64,000 bases of DNA from Planctomycetota bacterium (GTDB lineage Bacteria; Planctomycetota; UBA11346): NCBI GenBank assembly GCA_038231435.1, contig JBBRLJ010000014.1:50010-114009 (forward strand), written 5' to 3'. How positions within the stretch are numbered: the stretch's first letter is position 1; each line of letters starts with the position of its first letter. A model generated the notes under the pieces. The model was given only the letters and a program-made list of their open reading frames with translations, was not told the DNA's origin and did no database searches. The translations under genes and the position numbers were made by a program. This document shows positions 20,898 to 30,146 of the stretch, one piece after another.

Positions 20898-23800
20898 CTG
20901 CCGCGCCCGCCAATGGCTCGGCCCAGCTTGAATGCGACGTGGCTGCTGAAAGCCGGTGATTCGATCTCGACATCGCCCAGGCCGGCTGCGAGCCTACGCG
21001 TCTCGAGCACGCGGCCGGTGTCCGGATCCCACCATTCCACCTGGGCTTCGCCGCCGCCCTTGGGCCGTGGGCACGACACCGTCACATGCTGGTTGGATGC
21101 GGATCGCCGCCCACCGGTGCCCCAGCGCCGTTCGAGCACGTAGCCGAGCACGGTGCCGCCGCGTTCGCGCCAACCGCCCGACCACCACCTGGAAGCCTCT
21201 CCTGCGACCCCGACGTCGCACGGATCGCCGCCGCGCGGGTCCTCGCCGACCAGAAACCGCGACATCGCCGTGTACGGCTGCCAGCGCGCACCCTGGTCTA
21301 TCCATTCGAACCACCACAGCATCGGCGCGCCGCCATGCCCGGACACCAGCGCCGCCCACGGACCGGTGAGGTGCTCGGTGAGCATCGCGTCGTCGCTGGG
21401 CGTGCCGCTCCAATCGCCGCCAAATTCGGTGACCAGGAAGGGCTTGCGGTAGCGTGCGAGGCCCTGCTGGGGATCGAGCGCGCTGGCGCGCAGCAGATCT
21501 GCCAGCAGCTCGCAGTGCCCTTGCTGATCGTAGCCATGATACGCGTCGATGCAGGCGAAGGCGAAGCCCGGCATGGCCACGATCGCCGGATCGGCGTGGT
21601 GGTAGTCGCCGCACCAGTGGCTGGTCACCGGATGGGCGTAGACATCGAGCGCATGCCAGCGTTCGATGGCGCGCGCGTGCCACGCGGGCAACTGCCCGCT
21701 CTGCTGCCCAGCGGTGAGATCCATCTCCGACCACAGCTTCCAGCCCATCAGCGCCGGATGGTCGGCGTAGCGCGCTACCAGGTAGCGTCGCATGCGTTCC
21801 TGGCCATCGAGCGCCCAGGGATCGATGAACACCTGCGCCGCCGATTGCAGGCGGCCGCCGTTGGCGCGGTTGTACGGGCTGTTCGGCCATTCCGCGTCGC
21901 AACCGTCTGAGCCCTGGCCGTGGTTGTTGATCACCAGATTCACGCGCATGTGATGCGCCCAGGCGTCGTCGAGCACGCGCTCCAGCCGCCAGGCGTTGTC
22001 CTCGTTGTAGCGGCCCTGGCCATGGAAGGTCGGCCAGTCCGCGCGCCATTCGAGGCCGAGATTCCAGGGCGCGAGCCAAACCTCGACGGCGTTGGCGCCA
22101 TTGAGCGCGAAGCGTTCGAGATAGGCGTGGTAGGCGAGCGTTCCGCGGTCGGGGGTGACGCGGGTGCGCATGCGCTCCTGCGAACGCAGATCCCACACCG
22201 AGCGCAGATTGGGGCCGAGCGGCCAGAAGCAGGCGCCTGAGGCGCTACCATCGCCGACCCGGAAGAAACGCGGGTCGATGGCGTCGACGCGCACCATCCC
22301 GTCCCACGGCTTTCCCGATACCACCAGCGGATCGAGTTCGCACGAGACCCTGCCACCGCCCCGCCAGGCCGCCTCGAGGCGCAGGCGGTGGCTGCCCGGC
22401 TGGCTCGGGCGGTAGCGCACGGCGAATCGCCCGGCGCCCGATGGCGCCAGCTCCTCGCGGTCGCCGCGATCGCGCGAGCGCATCGGCTGAAAGTAGTATC
22501 CGGGGATGCGCAGCTCGGTGCCGTCGGGCGTCGCCACTACCAGATCGAGCGAGAACTGCTTCGCATCGTAGGGATTCTCGGGCATCGTGGCGGGAGACAC
22601 CGACAGCGACCAGCGTTCGCCGGCGGCCACGCCCAGCGCGCCTTCATCCACGCGCAGATCGTACAGCTCCGGCCGCTGCGCGTGCCCCTCCGGTGGAATC
22701 GCCGCCACCGGGCCGGACACCAGCACGCGCGCGCGATGCGGATCCGCCGTCCACAGCATCAGGCCCGCCTTGGCGGTCTTGGCCGCCTCGGCCGCGGACC
22801 AGCGACCCTGGTGGGCGACTCCTGCCAGCTGGCCGGTGGCGCCGAGATCGATGCGCAGTCGATGGATCCCGGGCTCGAGCACGCCGGGCAGCAGGTGCTG
22901 GTACCAACGGCCATGGCGATCGCAGGCGTAGACGCCCACACCCAGATCGGCAGGGGCGTCGTCGGGCACCAAGATCGTGGCGCTGACGATCAATGGCCCC
23001 TGGATTCCGCGCAAGGGCAGCAGCGTTGGCAGCGGACCGCCGACGGTGATCGCCTCGGCGCGGTCGGCATCGGCACCGGCGACCACGTCGACACTCGGCA
23101 GGACGCAATCGAGGACCGCGCCATCCGACCAGGCCATGCGCGCGCGCAGCTCCCACGCACCCGCCTCGAAGGGATGGAAGCTCACCGAGCGGCGCTCCCG
23201 ATCTCTTGGAATGCCGCGGCGCAGCGTCGTTGGCGTCGTCTGCGCTGCTCCGCGCTCCAATGCGGTGGCATCGAGCGCACCCGCCGATGCACTCGGAACC
23301 GGACGCGCCGAGAACGTCACGCACGCGCCAACCGCTGGCGCAGCCGGCTTGCCTGCATCCACATCCAGGCGCGCATCGAGGAGCGCCCGCCGTGACGGCT
23401 TCCGCAGCGGCGACATCAGCACGCGCGGCGGCGAGAGCTTGAGCACCGCGCCACCGTCTGACGCCGACCAGAACACCAAGCGCGCGGATGCCGCTGCGCA
23501 CGGCTCGACCGCGATGCGCACGCGGTCGACCCCCTGCGCGAGCGCAAGCGCGCGTGGTGCATGCAACGCCGAACCGTCGGCGGCCAGCATCACCAGCCCC
23601 ACCGAGAGATCGGCCGGGGCGTCGTCCGGCACCGCGACGCGCAGCTCGACCCCCGCGAACCCGAGCGCACCGCCCGCCGTGCTGTCGGCTGCATCCCGGC
23701 TGGGCAACACCAGGGCGATGGTCGTATCGAGCGGCGCTGCCAGCTCGAGCGCGCGCGCATCGGGAAACGGATCACGGCGAGGACCGGACACCTCGAGCGG

Positions 23801-24598
23801 AGGGAGCGGGTGGCGTACCACCACTCCGTCATCCGTCCAGCGCGCCAGCAACTCGGCCTTCCAGCTCCCGCCACGCAGCGGATGGAAGCGGGCTCTCCAG
23901 CGGCCGTCCGCCTGGCGGAGCGCCGGGATCTCGATCGCGACGGACTGCTCGTCGATGATGTACAGCGCCATGGCGAATCCGCTCGTCACCGATGCGGGTT
24001 TCGCCGACACCCCCCAGACGCCGTCGGCTTCCACGCGCGCGCACGAGCGGTCGCCCTCCACGCCCTCGACGCGCAGATCCAGCAGCCGCTGTCGATCGGC
24101 AAGGTGGCCTGCCTGGCGAACTGCCTGGCTATCTACCTGGCTATCTACCTGAGATGCCAGGCTGACGTCGTCGACCACGATCCGCGCGTGGCTCGCGCTG
24201 CTCGACCAGAAGAAGATGCCTGCGCGCGCACCGGGAAAGAAGCCCGCATCCTTGCCGTGACGCTCGCCCAGGAATCCGCCCCATGCCGCCGCGCCATCCG
24301 CATCGACACGCACGCTGATGCGCTGCTTCCCCGGGACGAGCGGCCCGGCGCACAGGTGCTGGTGCCACCGGCCAGAACGATCGACGATGAAGGCTCCCAC
24401 GCCCAGGTCGCCAGGCGCGTCGTCGGGTACGGTCAGCTCGGCCGCGACGCTCACGGGCCCGTAGCCGCAGTCCGTGGAAACGGGAATGTCGATCATGGTC
24501 GACAGCGGCGCCAGCAGCTCGACCGTCGCCGCCCGCACCGGCAGCGCCATCCCCAGCGGAAGCAGCAGCGCGGACAGGATGACGGAGCGCAACCGCAT
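20894..24598 (-). CDS. Large secreted paralog with three N-terminal repeat modules + DUF5060-like + GH5-like barrel
   Basis: Signal peptide after ATG 24598 (or 24610). The C-terminal ~700 aa is collinear with the downstream gene (ENPYD, GWKLWSE, SHWCGDY, FLVTEFG, APMLWWFEWIDQGARWQPY). Confidence 0.7.
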   Translation of the reverse strand: MRLRSVILSALLLPLGMALPVRAATVELLAPLSTMIDIPVSTDCGYGPVSVAAELTVPDDAPGDLGVGAFIVDRSGRWHQHLCAGPLVPGKQRISVRVDADGAAAWGGFLGERHGKDAGFFPGARAGIFFWSSSASHARIVVDDVSLASQVDSQVDSQAVRQAGHLADRQRLLDLRVEGVEGDRSCARVEADGVWGVSAKPASVTSGFAMALYIIDEQSVAIEIPALRQADGRWRARFHPLRGGSWKAELLARWTDDGVVVRHPLPPLEVSGPRRDPFPDARALELAAPLDTTIALVLPSRDAADSTAGGALGFAGVELRVAVPDDAPADLSVGLVMLAADGSALHAPRALALAQGVDRVRIAVEPCAAASARLVFWSASDGGAVLKLSPPRVLMSPLRKPSRRALLDARLDVDAGKPAAPAVGACVTFSARPVPSASAGALDATALERGAAQTTPTTLRRGIPRDRERRSVSFHPFEAGAWELRARMAWSDGAVLDCVLPSVDVVAGADADRAEAITVGGPLPTLLPLRGIQGPLIVSATILVPDDAPADLGVGVYACDRHGRWYQHLLPGVLEPGIHRLRIDLGATGQLAGVAHQGRWSAAEAAKTAKAGLMLWTADPHRARVLVSGPVAAIPPEGHAQRPELYDLRVDEGALGVAAGERWSLSVSPATMPENPYDAKQFSLDLVVATPDGTELRIPGYYFQPMRSRDRGDREELAPSGAGRFAVRYRPSQPGSHRLRLEAAWRGGGRVSCELDPLVVSGKPWDGMVRVDAIDPRFFRVGDGSASGACFWPLGPNLRSVWDLRSQERMRTRVTPDRGTLAYHAYLERFALNGANAVEVWLAPWNLGLEWRADWPTFHGQGRYNEDNAWRLERVLDDAWAHHMRVNLVINNHGQGSDGCDAEWPNSPYNRANGGRLQSAAQVFIDPWALDGQERMRRYLVARYADHPALMGWKLWSEMDLTAGQQSGQLPAWHARAIERWHALDVYAHPVTSHWCGDYHHADPAIVAMPGFAFACIDAYHGYDQQGHCELLADLLRASALDPQQGLARYRKPFLVTEFGGDWSGTPSDDAMLTEHLTGPWAALVSGHGGAPMLWWFEWIDQGARWQPYTAMSRFLVGEDPRGGDPCDVGVAGEASRWWSGGWRERGGTVLGYVLERRWGTGGRRSASNQHVTVSCPRPKGGGEAQVEWWDPDTGRVLETRRLAAGLGDVEIESPAFSSHVAFKLGRAIGGRGR

Positions 24599-24839
24599 GA
24601 GGCCTTTCATAGCTGGCGCATGGTCACCGACCACGCCCATGGCGACCTTGGCACCCGAGGGTCTCACTGGCCGCAGATCGTACCGGCGCCCTCTTAGCGC
24701 GTTGGCACGTCCGTGTGTTGGGTCCCCTCGGGGAGGCAGATCTGTGGAGGAGGTGCGTGCTGTTCTGATGAACGCATGGACACGAGCGCCGCTGCTGATC
24801 TCTGCTGGCCGTCCGCTATCAGCTTCCCCTACCCTCCCC

Positions 24840-25457
24840 TCACGGAAATGGCCGCTCCTCCCTGCACCCTTCCAATTTCGCCGCGTATTCCGGATCGGTG
24901 ATCTCGAGCGCGCCAAAGCGCGCCATGTGCGGAGTCTGCTGCTGGCAATCCAGCATGCGGAAACCGTTCACACGCAGGCGCTCCACCAGGTGCACGACGC
25001 AGATCTTCGCCGCATCGTCGGCGCGGTGGAACATGCTCTCGCCGCAAAAGCACGCGCCTAGGCACAGGCCATAGATGCCGCCCACCAGCGCGCCGTCGGC
25101 ATTCCAGGCCTCGACCGAATGGGTGACGCCACGACGGTGGAGTTCAACGTAGAGCTTCTCGATGTCGCCGCAGATCCAGGTGCTGGTGCGTTCGGCGCAG
25201 GCTGCGATGACCTGCGGAAAGGCCTCGTCGATGGTGATGCGGTATGGCTGCTTCCGCATCACCTTGACCAGGCTCTCGGGCACCTTCCAGGTGTCCCAGG
25301 TGATGATCGCGCGGGTATGCGGCCGGTACCAGCGCAACCGGCCGCGACGATGGTCGGACATCGGGAAGCAGCGCTGCCAGTAGGCCTCGAGCACCAGCTC
25401 CGGGGTGACCGGATAGCCGTCCGCGTCCACGACGCGGGGGTCGCCCGCCGGGTTCAC
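24840..25457 (-). CDS. aat: Leucyl/phenylalanyl-tRNA--protein transferase
   Basis: AY....FPM, W..P..RA, AF.QVI.ACA, TWI, HSVEAW...LVGGIYG..LG..FCGESMFH, LDCQ..TPH. GTG start overlaps the upstream stop. Confidence 0.92.
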   Translation of the reverse strand: MNPAGDPRVVDADGYPVTPELVLEAYWQRCFPMSDHRRGRLRWYRPHTRAIITWDTWKVPESLVKVMRKQPYRITIDEAFPQVIAACAERTSTWICGDIEKLYVELHRRGVTHSVEAWNADGALVGGIYGLCLGACFCGESMFHRADDAAKICVVHLVERLRVNGFRMLDCQQQTPHMARFGALEITDPEYAAKLEGCREERPFP

Positions 25458-26116
25458 GCCCGGGCCGCCGGATTGCCTCGCCTGTGGGCGGCGATCGCGA
25501 GCGGGATCTCGCCCGGCATGGCGAATTCGGCATCGACGATCAGGCCCTCGCGCCGACCGATGCCCCAGGCGCACCAGCCAACGCGCATGCTGGCCGCGCG
25601 TCCGGCGAGGATGTCCGTATGATGGTCGCCAATCATCCACGAGCTCTCGGACTTGTCGCCGGTAGCGGTGAGGATGTCCACCAGCTCGGCCGGATCGGGC
25701 TTGCGCGCGCGGTCACCGCCCCGGACTTCGGTGATCATCCCGGCCAGCCCGCAGGCTTCCAGTATCCGGCCGGTGAAGGCCAACGGCTTGTTGGTCGCGA
25801 CCGCGAGCGACCAGCCAGCCGCGGAGAGCGCGGAGAGCGCCTCGGCAATGCCGGCGTAGGCCCGAGTCGCGTCACAGCAGCAGGCGGCATACCGCGCGAT
25901 GAAGGCTGCCTTCGCCTCGTCGCGCGCCTGCACATCGCAGTTGGGCGTCAGCCGATCGATCAGTTTATCGACACCGTCGCCGACGAAGGCCGCGATCTGG
26001 TGCAACGCGAGCGGTGGCAAGCCGATGCTGGCGCGCGCCGCGTTACCCGCCTCGGCCAGATCCGCGCGGCTGTCTACCAGCGTACCATCGAGATCGAAGA
26101 TCACCGTGCCGGACAT
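25454..26116 (-). CDS. HAD-family phosphatase (phosphoglycolate phosphatase-like)
   Basis: IFDLDGTLVDS, VATNKP, RKPDP, MIGD...DI.AG. Confidence 0.85.
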   Translation of the reverse strand: MSGTVIFDLDGTLVDSRADLAEAGNAARASIGLPPLALHQIAAFVGDGVDKLIDRLTPNCDVQARDEAKAAFIARYAACCCDATRAYAGIAEALSALSAAGWSLAVATNKPLAFTGRILEACGLAGMITEVRGGDRARKPDPAELVDILTATGDKSESSWMIGDHHTDILAGRAASMRVGWCAWGIGRREGLIVDAEFAMPGEIPLAIAAHRRGNPAARA

Positions 26117-26151
26117 GCCCAGCAGCATGCGGCGCTGGATGGATCCGGCCA

Positions 26152-26229
26152 GGGGTTTGGAGACGGGGAACTGGGGGAAGGAGATGGGCGGATAGCGGAT
26201 AGCTCCGAGTTGAGAGCTGAGAGCTACCG
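26152..26229 (+). repeat. Purine-rich heptamer tandem repeat tract
   Basis: ggggttt ggagacg gggaact gggggaa ggagatg g gcggata gcggata gctccga gttgaga gctgaga gctaccg. Confidence 0.65.
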
Positions 26230-26269
26230 GGCGGAACGGCGGTGAGCGAATGGGACCGCCGCGCCGGGG

Positions 26270-27706
26270 CTACGACAGCGGCGCTTCCTCGTGAAATTCG
26301 ATTTCGCCGGTCTCATGCGGCGACGGCTCGGCTTCGACGTCGCGCTCTTCGGCCTGATCCTGCGACGTCACGTCGATGACCTCGCCGATCGGCTCGGCGG
26401 CGCGCGGCGCGAGGGCGATGAGGGCGAGGATGGTGATGTCGTCCCCGACCGGGCCATTGGCGAAGCGGGAAACGTCCTCGGCGATGCCATCGACCAGCGC
26501 CTGCGGCGATTCCTCGATGTGCGCGAGGACGCTGCCGTACAGGCGCGCTTCGCCGTACGGGCGCTCGTCCGGGCTCATCGCCTCGGTCAGGCCGTCGGTG
26601 TACTGCACCAGCACGTCCCCGGGCATCAGGTCGAGGGTGTCCTCGCGCAGCGTGGCGGAGAACACCCGGCCGGGCGCGAGACCGATGGCCATGCCGGGGC
26701 GCCCGAGACGGCGCAGGATCGATTCCTGGCCGAGATTCACGATCAGGCCTGGATGGTGGCCGGCGCGGACGCAAGCGAGCGCACCGGTACGCGGGTCGAG
26801 CGCGCCCGCGAACATGGTGATGAACTGCCCGGGGATCAGATCCACCTTGATCTCGTCGTTGAATCTGGTCAGCAGCGTCATCACATCGCTGCTGTCGCGG
26901 GCGATGAAACGCAGGGTCTTCAGCGCGGTCGCGACGACCAGCGCCGCCTGCATGCCGTGGCCGCTGACGTCGCCGATGACCAGCAGGATGCGGCCGTCGG
27001 GCAGGGTGAGCGCCTCATAGAAATCGCCGCTGACGCCGTGGTGGGCCTTGTAATGCACCGCCAGCTCGAAGCCGTCGAGCTTGGGCAGGTTCGACAGCAT
27101 GTTCTGCTGAACGCTGCGCGCCTTCTCCATGGCTTCATCGAGGACCTGCGGCTTCGCGAATATGGCGGTGGTCGAGCGCTGGCTGCCCTCCTTCGCCTTA
27201 TGCACGAGCAGATGCGTCTCGAGCATCCGTCCCGAACGCGCGGCCGGAGTCAGGCACAGGTGCTCGGCGATCTCGGACACCGTGCGCAGGCTGATCTTGC
27301 CTTCGTCGCGCGTGATGCCGTTGGCGAAATCGCCGGTGTACGGATTCAGCCAATGGCCATCGCGGCTGAAGATGCGCAGGCGCGGCTCGAGCGGCAGCAT
27401 GCGGATGAGGTCGAGACGCCAGCGTTCGTACTCGAGGCGCGCGAGCGGCAGCGGCTGCTGCTGCTTCCAGATCTCATTGCCGAGCAGGAATTCACGTGCG
27501 GCCTGGGCGCGCCCGAGCGAGGCGGGGATGGCCTTGCCCCCGTAGGGCTCGATCCAGTGCTGCTGGTCGGACGTCATCACCTGGAAGACCGGATCGTTGT
27601 CGATGCGCCGGACCAGCTCGGGAGCGAGGATGCGCTCGGCGGGGACCGACGCGACGCGCATGGAGGTCGATCGGCGCGCTGATCGGTTCGGTCGTCTCGA
27701 GAACAT
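26270..27706 (-). CDS. PP2C/SpoIIE (RsbU-like) serine phosphatase with an uncharacterised N-terminal domain
   Basis: GGAGG RBS; VSGDFY, IGDVSGHG..AAL, FITM, RAGH, YTDGLTEA, DDIT. Confidence 0.88.
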   Translation of the reverse strand: MFSRRPNRSARRSTSMRVASVPAERILAPELVRRIDNDPVFQVMTSDQQHWIEPYGGKAIPASLGRAQAAREFLLGNEIWKQQQPLPLARLEYERWRLDLIRMLPLEPRLRIFSRDGHWLNPYTGDFANGITRDEGKISLRTVSEIAEHLCLTPAARSGRMLETHLLVHKAKEGSQRSTTAIFAKPQVLDEAMEKARSVQQNMLSNLPKLDGFELAVHYKAHHGVSGDFYEALTLPDGRILLVIGDVSGHGMQAALVVATALKTLRFIARDSSDVMTLLTRFNDEIKVDLIPGQFITMFAGALDPRTGALACVRAGHHPGLIVNLGQESILRRLGRPGMAIGLAPGRVFSATLREDTLDLMPGDVLVQYTDGLTEAMSPDERPYGEARLYGSVLAHIEESPQALVDGIAEDVSRFANGPVGDDITILALIALAPRAAEPIGEVIDVTSQDQAEERDVEAEPSPHETGEIEFHEEAPLS

Positions 27707-27848
27707 GGCGCCTCCGTCCGTCCCCACAGCATCCCTGGGCGGACGGCGGTGGATGGAGGTCGAAACCTACCCCCTGACCAGGGGGTGCAACCGTTCGCTG
27801 TGTATCATGGTGCAACGCACGGAGGAGCCTGCAACGTTTGCATCAAAA

Positions 27849-29264
27849 TCATTCGAGCAGCCGCCCGAGATGGGCACAGGCTTCCTCGGGCAGATTCGAG
27901 CTGCGCGTCAGGTGGAGACCTCCCCTCAGCCCTTCCTGCACGACCTGGCGCTCGAGGTAGTCGTTCGAGGTCGAATGCAGGGTGAGTCCGAAGATCGCGA
28001 AACGCAGGTCGGCGTCCGTTGGATCCCCGAGCTGGGAGAGCCGTACGCGCGCGGCCGCGACCAGGCCCATGGCCAGCGAATCCATCTGTGAGAATTCGCC
28101 CTCGAGGCCCTGGGCATTCAACGCCAGCTCGACCGCGACGCGCGCGCGGTAACCGCCGCGCATCAGGTGCGAGCCCGAGAGCATCTGCAAGTGCATCTCC
28201 TGGAGCTGGCGCAGCAGCAGGAAATCGTCGTTGTAGGTGGCGATGCTGACGCGCAGGCCCGCGAACGGCCAATTGGCCAAGAGTGGCGTGCGCCCATCGC
28301 AATAGAGGTAGACGTCCGCGAGCGAGGCCAGCGCGGCCACCGGCTGCACCAGGGCCGCGGCCCCGCGCTCGAGGTGACCGAGGATGCTCGGCGGCAGCAC
28401 CACGCGCACGCGGCGCCAGCGGCGGGTGGCCTCGGCGGCGATGCTGTAGGCGTTGGTGAGCACCTGCCAGGGATTCGAGCTGCCGTCGATGGTGGCGGTG
28501 AACTGACTGCCGCGCTTCGGGTCGTCGAGGCCATCGATCCACAGCCGGCCACGGCAGTACATCCGCACCACCGGCAGCGGGTAGCACTCGGCGAGCGACA
28601 GCTGCTCGAAGGTGCGCCGGCCGCAGCGCGTCAGGGCCTGCTGACCATCCGCAGCGCCGGCGAGGGCGGCGCGGGCCTCGGTACGATCGATGCGCAAAGG
28701 CGCGCGTTCGGCGGCCAGCGAGTGCATGCCGCAACGCACCAGGGCGGCATCGACCAGGCTGAGCACCAGCGGCGTGCCGACCTCGGTGATCGAGGTGTCG
28801 GACAGGAATGCCTCTACCTGCACCAGCGCATCGGTCGCGGCCTTGCGATCGAGCTGGTAGCGCTCGACCAGCAGGTCGCCCATCCACGAACGATCCCACT
28901 GGCGGCGGCGGCCATCGAGATCGATCACCGAGAGGTTGAGCGCGGCGCAGCCGTCGCCATTGACCCGGCGCTCGCGGCGGAAGCGCTCGCGGTCGTCGCG
29001 GTAGCGGATGTAGGATTTGGCCGCGTCGTAGTAGCCACTCTCCTGCAGCACGTGCACGACCGCGTCCTGCACCTCCTCGATGCCGAGGCTGGCCTGGTCG
29101 CAGGTGCGTTCGAGGTGCTCGAGCACCACGCGGGCCAGTTCGGCCGACAGAGCACGGTCATCGATGGAGACGGCGTGGAGCGCCTTCGAGATAGCCGAGC
29201 CGATGCGGGCCAGGTCGAACGCGACCTCGCGCCCATCGCGTTTGACGATGGCGGATGGCCTCAC
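27849..29264 (-). CDS. ATP-cone domain protein; degenerate, truncated class III RNR (NrdD)-like
   Basis: GGGAG RBS + GTG. ATP cone IVKRDGREVAFD..RI..AI.KA...IEEVQDAV..VL...Y..AKSYI.YR, a second cone-like segment (WDRSW...), then an NrdD-like stretch. No glycyl-radical motif or Zn ribbon. Confidence 0.7.
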   Translation of the reverse strand: MRPSAIVKRDGREVAFDLARIGSAISKALHAVSIDDRALSAELARVVLEHLERTCDQASLGIEEVQDAVVHVLQESGYYDAAKSYIRYRDDRERFRRERRVNGDGCAALNLSVIDLDGRRRQWDRSWMGDLLVERYQLDRKAATDALVQVEAFLSDTSITEVGTPLVLSLVDAALVRCGMHSLAAERAPLRIDRTEARAALAGAADGQQALTRCGRRTFEQLSLAECYPLPVVRMYCRGRLWIDGLDDPKRGSQFTATIDGSSNPWQVLTNAYSIAAEATRRWRRVRVVLPPSILGHLERGAAALVQPVAALASLADVYLYCDGRTPLLANWPFAGLRVSIATYNDDFLLLRQLQEMHLQMLSGSHLMRGGYRARVAVELALNAQGLEGEFSQMDSLAMGLVAAARVRLSQLGDPTDADLRFAIFGLTLHSTSNDYLERQVVQEGLRGGLHLTRSSNLPEEACAHLGRLLE

Positions 29265-29418
29265 GGCGGACTCCCGAGACCATGGCGCTCGAGCGGCGGG
29301 CGGATTGACGGGATGGCCATCGCGATGGGGATCCCTCTTAAAACGACGAGCGCGGGGGACCAGCTTTTTCCGGCTGGCGCCATAGGACGGTGGCACTGAG
29401 TGGCGATGCGCTGGCGCA

Positions 29419-30036
29419 TCACTCGATGCTCTTTTCCGGGCTCTTGTCCGGACTCTTGTCCAGACTCGTGTCCAGACTCGTGTCCAGAGCATGGCTTCCC
29501 GGGCTGCCGTGATCAGGCTCGCGGGACTGCGGACGCGCGGCGGGCAGGCCTGCGAGCGGCCCGCCCTTCTGTTGCGGACCGCCGCCGCCGATGACGCGGC
29601 GCAGTTCGCCCATGAACTCGTCGAGATCCTTGAACTGGCGGTAGACCGAAGCGAAACGGACGTAGGCCACCTGATCGAGCTTGTGCAGCTCGCCCATCAC
29701 CAGCTGGCCGATGTCGTTCGACGAGACCTCGCGGTCGCCTTGGCTGAGCAGGTGGTGGTGCACGCGGTTCGCGGCGGCCTCGAGATCCTCGGAAGCCACC
29801 GGGCGCTTCTCGCACGCGGTGATCATGCCCGCGAGCACCTTGCGGCGATCGAAGCTCTGGATGCGGCCATCCTTCTTCACCACCCGCAAGGCCTCTTCGC
29901 CTTCGACACGCTCGTAGGTCGTGTAGCGCTTGCCGCAAGGGTTGCAGACGCGCCGGCGCCGGATCGCGGTGCCGTCATCGGTGGCGCGCGAATCGATCAC
30001 GCGATCGTCGTCTTGATTGCAGAAGGGGCAGCGCAC
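29419..30036 (-). CDS. nrdR: Transcriptional repressor NrdR
   Basis: [32 protein letters not shown] cone [22 protein letters not shown]. Has a C-terminal extension. Confidence 0.97.
   Translation of the reverse strand: MRCPFCNQDDDRVIDSRATDDGTAIRRRRVCNPCGKRYTTYERVEGEEALRVVKKDGRIQSFDRRKVLAGMITACEKRPVASEDLEAAANRVHHHLLSQGDREVSSNDIGQLVMGELHKLDQVAYVRFASVYRQFKDLDEFMGELRRVIGGGGPQQKGGPLAGLPAARPQSREPDHGSPGSHALDTSLDTSLDKSPDKSPEKSIE
29429..29488 (+). repeat. Five-copy 12-bp tandem repeat in the nrdR 3' end
   Basis: ctcttttccggg ctcttgtccgga ctcttgtccaga ctcgtgtccaga ctcgtgtccaga, encoding [20 protein letters not shown]. Confidence 0.85.
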
Positions 30037-30146
30037 GGCGGTGGACCGGGGATCATGGAACGACCGCACCGAGCGCAAGGCGTGGCGTTCGACAAGCTTT
30101 CAACAGCTGCCGGACGAACGACCCACGGCAAGAACAGGCTTGGCGA

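Noticed and set aside
24599..24916. Extended N-terminus of the 1340-aa ORF
   Set aside because: It overlaps aat and precedes a clear signal peptide, so the real start is more likely 24598 or 24610.
27849..29264. Functional anaerobic ribonucleotide reductase (nrdD)
   Set aside because: Too short, with no glycyl-radical loop, Zn ribbon or activase gene. The internal RGGY has the wrong spacing and position.
29429..29488. Tandem repeats as a CRISPR array
   Set aside because: The units are 12 bp with no spacers, and there are no cas genes. No CRISPR array was seen anywhere in the window.
29265..30146. NrdR boxes around nrdR and the ATP-cone gene
   Set aside because: No convincing match to the acaCwAtATaTwGtg palindrome could be found by eye.
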